Virus record (IMG/VR): IMGVR_UViG_2778261152_000005
Coordinates: 1 to 57,958 of that record
Direction: 5' to 3' (one strand)
From: a virus
Taxonomy: Duplodnaviria > Heunggongvirae > Uroviricota > Caudoviricetes
DNA: 57,958 nucleotides
Shown: positions 8,951-16,897 of the stretch, piece after piece
Position numbering within the stretch: position 1 is the first letter of the stretch
How the letters are laid out: every line of letters starts with the position of its first letter
Position numbers and translations under genes: made by a program
Notes under the pieces: model-generated
The model's database searches: none
What the model was told of the DNA's origin: nothing
What the model saw: the letters and a program-made list of their open reading frames with translations, nothing else

Positions 8951-9945
8951 AAATAACGTTCCTGTTAGTGCCAGACAAATAAAAAGCCCCAATGCCGTAA
9001 GAGGTTAATTCTGACCAGCAAAGGGGCTTTAACGTGCGGGCAATTACATAATTGATAAGTTAAACTATAAGAGGATTAAACATATCAGCAAATACACTTT
9101 TTAAATATACTTGATGATATGCTTAAAGAGTGAATATCAGACCTTAGAAAGGAAGGCTCTTAGGAGTTTGCCACTGGAATCACTAAGATCTGATATTCTG
9201 GGTGCGGGGGGCTAACCGCTGCCTGTTTTTGCTGTGGATGCAACAAAGTAAGGCTGTAAGGAATCACTATTCCAATTCTCATCTACTCACAGATCAAATT
9301 TTAATAGGATTAACTACACCAACAGTAATCTACCGTTTCAGAAAATCGTTTTTACAACCAAAGCTTATAGATCCGCATTCTATAAAACCCGTTTTGCTAT
9401 CAATATTTCCAAAGGTTATTGCACAATTCTTAGCTAAACTCTCTCTGCTTGCGGCTAACGCTATGCAGATGATTGTTTTTGACAACAACTTAATAGATTA
9501 TTCTGTTACTAACTTCTGTCATTAAATAAGAGTTTAATGATGTTAGTAAATAGTTATAAAATATAACTATCAGTGTAAGGCTCTTTAATGTTTTCGGACA
9601 AAATAAGGAGCTTTAGGATAAGCATAGATGAAAAATAAGAGCGGGAAGGGCAAGGAGATAACACCTACCCACCTTTATCAAAATTAAGCACAATGCCTAA
9701 CAACATTCATCAACACAACGTAGAAACAATCAACAATCAAAGAGGGAGTTATGATTATTCTAAAACTTCTTGAGAGATGGAAGGTAATATTTGTTAGAGG
9801 TTAATGCCACTCAACCCTTGAGGCTATCACCTTCCATATGCAGGGATTTATGACAATAGAAGGATTAACGCCAACTAAAATCTTTTTATCTATCCCTAAA
9901 ATTATTATATAACAAAATCATTATAAATGCAAATGATTTTCATTA

Positions 9946-10257
9946 TCATTTAGAGAAAATAGCACTTTTTGCTAAATCATCTACTAATTGCTGAATCTCT
10001 TCACTTGTAGCCTTTAACGTGCGGGCGGTGTCTGTGATAGTTCGAGTGCACAGCTTGGCATCGTCCTCAGATAGCTGCTCTAAATCGCTCACCAGAGAGA
10101 TAAAATCGTCAAGGCTTACATTCACCTTCATTAAGCTAATTACGCATTGAGAGAGCGTGTAATCGCATAAATCTGAATAGGCTTGATTGATACGTGTCTG
10201 TAGGGTGATCATCCGATCCGAAAGAGTGTCCATAACTTCCAGAATGTTGTCTGTCAT
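9946..10257 (-). CDS. hypothetical helical protein
   Basis: 103-aa ORF. Its start overlaps the stop of the upstream ORF (10254-10257), which implies translational coupling. Confidence 0.5.
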   Translation of the reverse strand: MTDNILEVMDTLSDRMITLQTRINQAYSDLCDYTLSQCVISLMKVNVSLDDFISLVSDLEQLSEDDAKLCTRTITDTARTLKATSEEIQQLVDDLAKSAIFSK

Positions 10258-10484
10258 TGTGCAATCTCTCCTTGATCTGCTGATTCCATCTCTTGCTGAA
10301 TCTGTTTATCCTTGTTTAGTGCAATCTGTAGTGGTATACGATAGGTTGCAATGTCATCCAGCACATCATCAAGCAAGGCAAAATCATTTTCTTCTTTTGC
10401 TCGTTCAGCCAGTGAAATAAACACTTCTGCAAGTTGTTTTGCTTCTTTAAAAAATGTTGTTTCTAATAGTTGATAGTTAATCAT
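10254..10484 (-). CDS. hypothetical acidic helical protein
   Basis: 76-aa ORF coupled to 9946-10257. Confidence 0.5.
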   Translation of the reverse strand: MINYQLLETTFFKEAKQLAEVFISLAERAKEENDFALLDDVLDDIATYRIPLQIALNKDKQIQQEMESADQGEIAQ

Positions 10485-10542
10485 TATTTTTCCTTTTTCG
10501 AATATTTTTCATTGGGCGCTTATACATACGCCCGTCATTTTA

Positions 10543-10926
10543 TTAGTTAGAACGTTTGTTAGAAGCTAATGTATCTTCTAAATGAGCCATCAGATCGACT
10601 TCCGAAACACCACCTACACAATTATTGAAAGCGTTAAATCCCAAAAAATGATGATAGGAGCTAAACCCTAAAAGCTGCCAACGTTTCAGAGTGCCATCAG
10701 AAATGATAGTTTGTTTTCTTGTTTTTGGGCGAAAGTAAACGCCTGGCATTGATTTGATTATTTCTTGTTCTTCATAGCTTAATTCAGGGGATTCTGTTTC
10801 AAGAATAAATATTATCTCTTCCCCTGGAATTTCGTTATTGGTGTGTGTCGGTGGACGTTGTCTTGTTGAATTGAAGTTACTGTTTTTTTCAATACGTTTT
10901 AAGTTGTTCTTTTTCTTTCTTCCCAT
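10543..10926 (-). CDS. hypothetical protein with basic N-terminus
   Basis: 127-aa ORF (MGRKKKNNLKRIEK…) in the same orientation as the Rep-like operon. Confidence 0.45.
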   Translation of the reverse strand: MGRKKKNNLKRIEKNSNFNSTRQRPPTHTNNEIPGEEIIFILETESPELSYEEQEIIKSMPGVYFRPKTRKQTIISDGTLKRWQLLGFSSYHHFLGFNAFNNCVGGVSEVDLMAHLEDTLASNKRSN

Positions 10927-11061
10927 TTTCCCTCTTTTTATGTGGATTATAAAAACTTGATGCCATTGTTACAATGAATATCGCCATAAATGCATTTGCC
11001 ATATGTATTGCCCGATCTGTTGTTATTGATTGTTTGTGATGTTATAAATCATTTATTCTCC

Positions 11062-11631
11062 TTAGAATGGTATTGAATCGTATATTTCACTTTTTTCTCT
11101 TAGAGATATTATCAGATCGTGAAAAGCCTGTTTCTCAAGATAGATATTCTTTGAATCTAATGCTCGTTTTACAAAATCTTCTGTTTCTTCGTGCGGTGGT
11201 TTCTTCTTATCAAGGGAAAGAAGCCAAGTAAAAATTTCGGGCCGTTCAGGGAACTCAGGCTCTTGTGTTTCTTCTTCAACGATGATTTCGGAAACATTCA
11301 ATATTTCATTAGATTCGTCTTCTTTCTCAGAAGGATCAGGTAGTGATGATTCTCCTTTTGGAATATCAAGCACTCGATAAAGGTTAGAGCTTCCTGGTCG
11401 TGCATCTTTTATAATTAATCCCATTTCGAGCAATTTCTTAACCCTTTCTTCTGCTGCTCTTGGTGTTATGCCAAAAACATCGCCTATCTTAGCGTAAGAG
11501 GGAAATGCACGATCAAACCCTCTCAAATAGCAGTAAAGGTTTTTAGCACTATCTGTAAATTTATGCCCGTTTACTTGGCTTATTTTTAGAATCCACATAG
11601 GAACTTTTACAAATTGTTCTTCATTAATCAT
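11062..11631 (-). CDS. winged-helix DNA-binding protein, putative replication initiator of element A
   Basis: MINEEQFVKVPMWILK…AKNLYCYLRGFDRAFPSYAKIGDVFGITPRAAEERVKKLLEMGLII is a wHTH of the phage/plasmid Rep/O N-terminal type. It lies downstream of a sigma70 promoter and close to five 22-23-bp iterons. The start is taken at the Met at 11631; the track ORF extends to 11655. Confidence 0.5.
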   Translation of the reverse strand: MINEEQFVKVPMWILKISQVNGHKFTDSAKNLYCYLRGFDRAFPSYAKIGDVFGITPRAAEERVKKLLEMGLIIKDARPGSSNLYRVLDIPKGESSLPDPSEKEDESNEILNVSEIIVEEETQEPEFPERPEIFTWLLSLDKKKPPHEETEDFVKRALDSKNIYLEKQAFHDLIISLREKSEIYDSIPF

Positions 11632-11684
11632 TAAAAATCTCCTTGATGTAATCACGCTCTACGGCGCTACTATGGTGATAAAAA

Positions 11685-11855
11685 TCACTTGCTTTTGTTT
11701 GAGAGTGTTTCAGCCTCTCTTTTCAACATATCAAGAATGTAATCTGTAACAGTGATACGTTTACTTCTGGCTTCTTTAAACAACACCTGAAATACTTCAT
11801 CAGGAATATGAAAGCAAGTGCGTGGTTGTCTTTTCTTTTCTGTAGTTTCGCTCAT
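11685..11855 (-). CDS. ribbon-helix-helix (CopG/Arc-like) protein
   Basis: 56-aa ORF not in the track: MSETTEKKRQPRTCFHIPDEVFQVLFKEARSKRITVTDYILDMLKREAETLSNKSK. It shows the basic strand-helix-helix pattern and has a ggagaaggag SD upstream. Confidence 0.55.
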   Translation of the reverse strand: MSETTEKKRQPRTCFHIPDEVFQVLFKEARSKRITVTDYILDMLKREAETLSNKSK

Positions 11856-11876
11856 AGTTTTCTCCTTCTCCTGTTA

Positions 11877-12053
11877 TTATTCTTTCTCTGCCTTACGCAG
11901 TTCATCAATAATTTTTAGTGCATCGTCAAAGCATTTTTCACGCTCTGGATAACCACAGCGTCGCGCTGTGTTCCTGTTCATCCTTACTTTAAAACGATTA
12001 ATCTCACCACGTTTCCAGGCTTCAACTACATCTTGAGAAGTGAAATACTTCAC
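11877..12053 (-). CDS. hypothetical small protein, first gene of the Rep operon
   Basis: 58-aa ORF with a GTG start and an aggagg SD 7 nt upstream (VKYFTSQDVVEAWKRGEINRFKVRMNRNTARRCGYPEREKCFDDALKIIDELRKAEKE). It is too short to appear in the track. Confidence 0.45.
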   Translation of the reverse strand: MKYFTSQDVVEAWKRGEINRFKVRMNRNTARRCGYPEREKCFDDALKIIDELRKAEKE

Positions 12054-12169
12054 TAATTAACCTCCTATTCTATTTGGTTAAAAGAAAAAACACCTTGCAA
12101 GCCTGACGGCTTCAAAGTGCATTGATTTTAATTATTTAGAGGATGGGAATGTTTTCCTGTCCTAATATT

Positions 12170-12198
12170 ACTTTACCACGACTAAAGGCTTTTGTCAA
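12170..12198 (-). promoter_or_regulatory. sigma70-type promoter of the Rep operon
   Basis: The minus strand reads TTGACA-17 nt-TAAAGT. The -35 is flanked by the inverted repeat cgacta…tagtcg, a possible operator. Confidence 0.5.
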
Positions 12199-12491
12199 CC
12201 CGTAGTCGTAAAAATATTGATCTTTTTCAGTAAGTTATGATATTGCTTAACAATTCGTGCTCTTTTTCTTCCTTATTGTCTAAAACGCTCTAAAACGCCC
12301 TCTGACGAGGTTTTGATAAATACAATAATTCCCTTATGTAGAGGCTGTTTAGCTCGCCAGAGGCTTGATTTAAGCGGTAGAATCTCATCTACTACCTAAC
12401 ATCTTTAAACCATATTTTTCTTTTTTGTCTGTTTGATGGTTGATCTATAGTTATGCGTTAGCATCCCCAAAGGGGTAACGCTACTCTAATT

Positions 12492-12865
12492 GCATTCGCC
12501 AGAACATTGCACAAGAAATTTATTTTAGATGATTGATGATCGTTAGATTGGCGTAAGCCTCATCAATGGAACTATTGAAGCGCACAGCGCATAGACACTA
12601 ACAACCATTCGCTTACGCTCAGGTTATTGCACAAGTAAATTTCAATCGTTAGATGGTAGTTAGTTAATTATCGTTCTGCGCACAGCGCAAGACTATTTAG
12701 CCTTACGCAAGCCGTAGGCTATTTGCACATAGTAGATTACATATTCGTTGTGAGCGGCATTAGCGAACATAGATCTACTAACTAACATCAACAAACAAAA
12801 ACTATGTGTTATGACAAGCAGTCTAACGACTAACACTCTAACTTGTGCAAGGTTCTGGCGAATGC
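12492..12865. repeat. pair of 24-bp inverted repeats (23/24 match) bracketing a 326-bp internally repetitive segment
   Basis: gcattcgccagaacattgcacaag (12492-12515) matches the reverse complement of cttgtgcaaggttctggcgaatgc (12842-12865). Inside are further ttgcaca(a/t)ag copies at 12627 and 12723. The hairpin motif gcgcacagcgca recurs at 12580 and 12678, about 98 bp apart. Confidence 0.75.
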
Positions 12866-12982
12866 CAATAGATTAAGGGATAGTCAAGGACTCCCCTAAC
12901 GGGTATCCCTATAATTATTCTTTAAAGATAAAAGAATTTATAAAAGATAATTTAATTGTAGTTTTATAGTTGATCTAATAGG

Positions 12983-13119
12983 TAACAAAATTCTGTAGGG
13001 GTGGCTAACAGTTTTCTGTGGGGGTGTCTAACATAATTCTGTTAGGGTTGGGGTAACAGTTTTCTGTTAGGGTGCATATTTCTTTAAAAGTTAAGGATAA
13101 CAGAATTCTGTGGGGGTAG
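12983..13119 (+). repeat. five direct iterons, putative replication origin of element A
   Basis: taacaaaattctgtaggggt, taacagttttctgtgggggt, taacataattctgttagggt, taacagttttctgttagggt and taacagaattctgtgggggt start at 12983, 13006, 13029, 13054 and 13098. The first four are spaced 23-25 bp apart, with a 44-bp gap before the last. Confidence 0.7.
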
Positions 13120-13523
13120 TTCACAGTGACCTACCGTTATTACCGATGTGTAATATCGTTACATCCATTTATCACATAACATCTGTGCAATGATCTTCTT
13201 ATAAGTTGTAAAAGTGTTTCTTGCTATCAAAAATTAAACATCTAAAACAGGCTTAAATTCAAGATTAATTGATGATTAATCCCTGTGTAATTCCATACTA
13301 AAAAATTTAATGAAAAGTAGCTTAAAAGAGCAATGTTAGCTTTCTTCACTTTTACATCACTTTCGCAAAGCCTTGTGTAATGCGGCTTACAGAGCACTAT
13401 CAGAAATTGTTGATTAAAAATCAATCTATTATCTGTCGAACAAGTTTTCTTTAATGCAACAAAAAATTAATTTTTTCAAAATAAACACGCTATTTAATAG
13501 CTTGCTAATTTTACCAAAACATA

Positions 13524-13650
13524 ACTACACGATTCTCATGCAAGACGTGTAGTGATAAAGCAGGCTAAATCACCACACTAAAAACCTTCGAATTTCGTAG
13601 TGAAAAAAGTCCTTTACACACCTAATCAACACGATCAATAATCACTACAC
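13524..13650. promoter_or_regulatory. res-like recombinase binding sites upstream of the serine recombinase gene
   Basis: The imperfect inverted pairs actacacg-N14-cgtgtagt (13524-13553) and tcaccacac-N17-cgtagtga (13570-13603), plus an extra half-site tcactacac (13642-13650), share the 9-mer TCAC(C/T)ACAC. They sit where Tn3/gamma-delta-type res sites lie relative to tnpR. Confidence 0.4.
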
Positions 13651-13671
13651 ACAAATCAACACAGAAGGAAA

Positions 13672-14229
13672 ATGAAAATGGCTAATATTGGATACATTAG
13701 GGTATCGACTGTCCAACAAAACACAGACCGTCAATTAGCTGGAGTAACTCTTGATAAAGTCTTTGAAGATAAAGCGTCAGGCAAGAATACCCAGCGCCCA
13801 CAGTTTGAGGCAATGATGAACTATGTGCGTGAAGGTGATGTTTTGCATGTTCACAGCATTGATCGACTTTGCCGTAATACAGCCGACCTACTGGCAACGG
13901 TTGAGCAATTAACAGAGCGCGGCGTGTCTGTGCATTTCCATAAAGAAGACTTTAAGACAGGGAAGAACTCTCCCGCAGGGAATATGATGCTCACAGTGCT
14001 TGCAGCAGTGGCACAAATGGAACGTGAAATGATGCTTGAGCGGCAACGTGAAGGGATCGCCGCAGCTAAGGCCGCTGGACGTATAGCAAAACGTGGTAAT
14101 GGAAAAGCAATTGATCGAGCGGGAATTGTTGCCGCTCTCGCGAATGGTGGATCAATTCGGAGCGTAGCAAAAGATTTCAGTGTCAGCACACAGACGGTGC
14201 AACGTATCAAGAAAGAGCAGGAAGCGTAA
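13672..14229 (+). CDS. small serine recombinase (resolvase/invertase family)
   Basis: 185 aa. The N-terminal catalytic motif IGYIRVSTVQQNTDRQ (Ser nucleophile) and a C-terminal HTH (SIRSVAKDFSVSTQTVQRIKK) are present. A ggaa SD lies upstream. Confidence 0.9.
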   Translation: MKMANIGYIRVSTVQQNTDRQLAGVTLDKVFEDKASGKNTQRPQFEAMMNYVREGDVLHVHSIDRLCRNTADLLATVEQLTERGVSVHFHKEDFKTGKNSPAGNMMLTVLAAVAQMEREMMLERQREGIAAAKAAGRIAKRGNGKAIDRAGIVAALANGGSIRSVAKDFSVSTQTVQRIKKEQEA

Positions 14230-14445
14230 TGCCTCCTGATATTTGAGAATTGTCGCTGCGTGGACCTGACGCCGCTGATCTTCGCGTTAAACATTGATCA
14301 CGTCTGCGCCGATTTCAGATAAAAAGGTAGCTATTAAGCAATACGTAACTTTTACAATTAGTGAAATTATCTAAAACACAAGTTATATAGATGAGAAAAT
14401 GAAACATTATCTTGAACAAATCAAACAAAACAACACATCATCTTG

Positions 14446-14474
14446 TTGACACCATGCAAAGTGAATAGTAAACT
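14446..14474 (+). promoter_or_regulatory. sigma70-type promoter
   Basis: TTGACA (14446-14451), a 17-nt spacer, then TAAACT (14469-14474). It lies about 80 nt upstream of the 52-aa membrane ORF. Confidence 0.5.
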
Positions 14475-14554
14475 ATTATATGTGAAAATTTGCATGTTGC
14501 GTGCAATAAAAAATAAATGATACTTTGCTATTGTTAAATCAATAGGGGGTATCT

Positions 14555-14713
14555 ATGCGCTTTATCTCATCCATTTTAAAAACCTGCAGAACCACAATTA
14601 CTTTAGCTGTAATTGTTACCATCATATACCTCATCTATTTTACCCCTCGAGATAAAATCGATTCACTAGCGATCATCGTTCATGCAATGGCTACATTAAC
14701 TAAAAAACTTTAA
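14555..14713 (+). CDS. small hydrophobic membrane peptide (52 aa)
   Basis: MRFISSILKTCRTTITLAVIVTIIYLIYFTPRDKIDSLAIIVHAMATLTKKL. It has a gggggt SD-like sequence upstream, one clear TM helix, its own promoter, and a terminator directly downstream. It is not in the track because it is under 60 aa. Confidence 0.45.
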   Translation: MRFISSILKTCRTTITLAVIVTIIYLIYFTPRDKIDSLAIIVHAMATLTKKL

Positions 14714-14726
14714 TAATTTCACTATC

Positions 14727-14770
14727 AGGCGCATAAACACATCTTTGATCGCTGGATGTGTTATGCGCCT
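14727..14770. terminator. bidirectional stem-loop terminator
   Basis: aggcgcataaacacatc-N11-gatgtgttatgcgcct forms a near-perfect 16-bp stem. It lies between two convergent small ORFs. Confidence 0.65.
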
Positions 14771-14779
14771 ACTGGTGAT

Positions 14780-14932
14780 TCAATCCTTAAGCCATTTCAA
14801 CTCACTAAGGAGTTTTCTTTCTTCGTTCTCTCGCTGTTTACGCTCTAGCCAGGCTTTTCCCTCTGGAGTAGACAGGAACTTACGAGCGTGAATCTTGCGG
14901 TTATTACGTTTGATAGCTGCAATGTTTTTCAT
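14780..14932 (-). CDS. small basic protein (50 aa)
   Basis: MKNIAAIKRNNRKIHARKFLSTPEGKAWLERKQRENEERKLLSELKWLKD. It is convergent with the membrane peptide. It is not in the track because it is under 60 aa. Confidence 0.35.
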   Translation of the reverse strand: MKNIAAIKRNNRKIHARKFLSTPEGKAWLERKQRENEERKLLSELKWLKD

Positions 14933-15534
14933 CGTGTTGCCTCTGTATTCATATGAAAATGAACAAGTTACATACTACACAGGGAGACTACGCATAAAAC
15001 ACAATACAAGTAAAGATACATTTTCAAGACAATAGGAGCCATAAAGCGCCTTTGATGGTTATACCAAAAAATAAGCGCCGTAGGCGTATCCACTAAAAGG
15101 GCTTTTTCACAAAAGCTATGAAGTCTTAGCAGTTCTTCTCTTATCAGGCACCCGTTGTACTCCGGTGGACGAAACCGTGCTAGAGCTTGATTCTTTCCCG
15201 ATCAAGTTAGGTTTTGAAGAGGTGGGCTTTAATCCACTATTGCACTTAAAACTCTTCCCATCATTTAGCCTGTTTATCCTCTGCAACGTCATCTCGACGT
15301 GTAGCATCATTGGACACCGCGCCAGGTGTGGAACATCTTGCTAAGAGTTTTGGTAGAAGGTTTAGAGACGGTGGCACGTCTTCCAGCTTCAAAGGAACTT
15401 GTTACGAGGTTGAGCCTGGGAACTACTCGCCCATACGTGTTACACTACCAAAGCCCATAACAACGTATAGGCGTTTGTAATTGATAACAGAAGATACAAT
15501 TTCTTAGAGAAGTTAAGCTAAGTTATTGATTTTC

Positions 15535-15564
15535 TTAATGGTGCCGATAATAGGAGTAAAACAC
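15535..15564 (-). repeat. att copy 2: the same 30-bp repeat with the 19-nt thrW 3' fragment; junction of element A and prophage B
   Basis: Identical to 2844-2873. The similarity continues leftward, with a 2-nt indel, as ttgatttt(ct)taatgg. Confidence 0.85.
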
Positions 15565-15614
15565 AGCAAATAACCACATGTATTTACTGTATTTTGTTTT
15601 TTACAAATTAGATA

Positions 15615-15638
15615 GATACCCGAATTGATACCCGTTTT
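15615..15638 (+). promoter_or_regulatory. arm-type integrase binding repeats (left arm)
   Basis: gatacccgaattgatacccgtttt closely matches gatacccgattatgtacccgttttt at 50577-50601, in the same orientation, at the other end of the prophage. Confidence 0.5.
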
Positions 15639-15669
15639 GATTTCGCTCCCGATTGAGGAACAAAACGGG

Positions 15670-15909
15670 CTATTCAGTAGCCCTGTACCAAGCTTGCCAA
15701 CGGTACTTATCCAGCCGTAACTGGCGTAGGCATTCCGCTGTTTCGATGTCCGCCTGCAGGTCTTCGTCGCTATCCCGCCCGGCATCACTTGCCTTGCACG
15801 GTGGGTTCATCAAATCCTGGGATATTGTTGGCCGCATCGATTGCTCGCTGCCGCAACTGCACAGCGTGATCGTCAAAATCGCACTTAGTATGATTCGGGT
15901 CGTTAACAT
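15670..15909 (-). CDS. o-spanin (Rz1-like lipoprotein), overlapped architecture
   Basis: 79 aa with a signal peptide and Cys-containing lipobox-like sequence (MLTTRIILSAILTITLCSCGS…) and a Pro-rich mature part. It starts inside the Rz-like gene in another frame and extends past its stop. Confidence 0.6.
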   Translation of the reverse strand: MLTTRIILSAILTITLCSCGSEQSMRPTISQDLMNPPCKASDAGRDSDEDLQADIETAECLRQLRLDKYRWQAWYRATE

Positions 15910-16144
15910 ATTTCACCACGTCGCGATAAATGGTCCGGTAAATCACTTTTCCTTCTGCGCTGGCCGCTGCCGCTTTCTGCTCACTAGTGGCGACGGCTTT
16001 CTCAGCCTTTTTGTTTTTCGCTGCATGCTCACTGTTTACCTTGTCGCTGTGCGCATACCAGCCTTTCAGATAACCCGCGTAAAAGGTAACAGCGACAAGC
16101 GCCAGGAGAGCGGCCAGCGCTAACAGCTTTGCTTTAATGGTCAC
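15785..16144 (-). CDS. i-spanin (Rz-like)
   Basis: A GTG at 16144 overlaps the endolysin TGA (GTGA). The protein has an N-terminal TM (KLLALAALLALVAVTFYAGYL) followed by a charged coiled-coil. The track ORF extends upstream to 16237 inside the endolysin gene. Confidence 0.7.
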   Translation of the reverse strand: MTIKAKLLALAALLALVAVTFYAGYLKGWYAHSDKVNSEHAAKNKKAEKAVATSEQKAAAASAEGKVIYRTIYRDVVKYVNDPNHTKCDFDDHAVQLRQRAIDAANNIPGFDEPTVQGK

Positions 16145-16680
16145 TGGTCTATCCCCCAGCACGTCAGTGCGCTTTCCTGATCCCGGCGCTCGACCTGACC
16201 ATAGCAACCATTCTTCTGGCCTTTGGTCAGTCTGCAATCGCGGCCGCCGTCTTTAATCCACCAGCGGATCGCTTCGCATGCACCTTTGCGGTCACCGGAA
16301 TTGATGCGCTTGTAGAACGTCGAGGGAAAACATTTACCGGGGCCGATGTTGTACGGGCAGAACGAAGCAATACCAGCTTTCTGCGGCTCAGTCAGCGGCA
16401 CCTTGATATTGCGGTCAACCCACGCCAGCGCCTTATCGCGTTCGATGGCGTTTACCTGGTCACATTTCGCTTGCGTCAGCTTCATGCCCTGCACTACCGG
16501 CTTACCATCGACCATCGTGGCGCCACGGCAAATTGTCCAGATACCGCCGCCGTCTTTATATGCCGTGAGATTGTTACCCTCTTTCTCATTCAGGAACTGG
16601 TCGAGAATAACCGATGCTGGCGCACCGGCAAGTACCAGTCCCAGAACGGCAGCGCTGAGCTTAGTCCTGTTGCTGGCCAT
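16141..16680 (-). CDS. SAR endolysin (T4-lysozyme-like muramidase; P1 Lyz / phage 21 R type)
   Basis: The N-terminus is a Gly/Ala-rich weakly hydrophobic SAR segment ([20 protein letters not shown]). It is followed by an E-x8-D-x5-T catalytic triad ([16 protein letters not shown]). Confidence 0.85.
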   Translation of the reverse strand: MASNRTKLSAAVLGLVLAGAPASVILDQFLNEKEGNNLTAYKDGGGIWTICRGATMVDGKPVVQGMKLTQAKCDQVNAIERDKALAWVDRNIKVPLTEPQKAGIASFCPYNIGPGKCFPSTFYKRINSGDRKGACEAIRWWIKDGGRDCRLTKGQKNGCYGQVERRDQESALTCWGIDQ

Positions 16681-16897
16681 AGAGCTGAGCCTCTTTACGA
16701 CGATCTTCTTTAATTTTGAAATACAAATTGGTCAGATAAGTAATCAGGCCAAGGACAATACTGGCCAGAACCCCGATAGCTGCCCACTGGCTAGGGCTGA
16801 CCTTATCGAGTAGCTGTAGTAACCAATAGCCGCCGCTACCAAGAGAAGTTACGTAGGAAGCGCCCGCCGCTATGTCTGAATGGTTGTTCATCCTCAT
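16661..16897 (-). CDS. holin (probable pinholin class) with dual-start motif
   Basis: 78 aa with an MRM… double Met start, two hydrophobic segments and a charged C-terminus. It overlaps the endolysin start by 20 nt. Confidence 0.7.
   Translation of the reverse strand: MRMNNHSDIAAGASYVTSLGSGGYWLLQLLDKVSPSQWAAIGVLASIVLGLITYLTNLYFKIKEDRRKEAQLYGQQQD

Larger units (their letters stand above)
2844..15564. mobile_element. Element A: 12.7-kb AT-rich integrative element (candidate phage satellite or integrated phage-plasmid remnant)
   Basis: Bounded by identical 30-bp direct repeats. It carries a tyrosine integrase at one end, an iteron origin with a Rep-like wHTH gene, a serine recombinase and a minimal virion-like gene set. 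Its composition is clearly more AT-rich than both flanks. Confidence 0.7.

Noticed and set aside
9202-9525. 107-aa ORF in the non-coding kilobase of element A
   Set aside because: It has no ribosome-binding site, an odd composition and an opposite orientation to every neighbour. It is probably a chance ORF in AT-rich DNA.
12983-13119. Possibility that the regularly spaced repeats (iterons here, the 27-bp repeats at 40656-40871, the 9-mers at 36379-36558) are CRISPR arrays
   Set aside because: The repeats are abutting or 22-27 bp in period with no unique spacers of 30 bp or more. One set is in-frame coding. No cas genes are present.
15116-15310. 64-aa minus-strand ORF near the right end of element A
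   Set aside because: The translation is Ser/Thr/Lys-rich with no SD and no recognisable feature. The evidence is not sufficient to call it.
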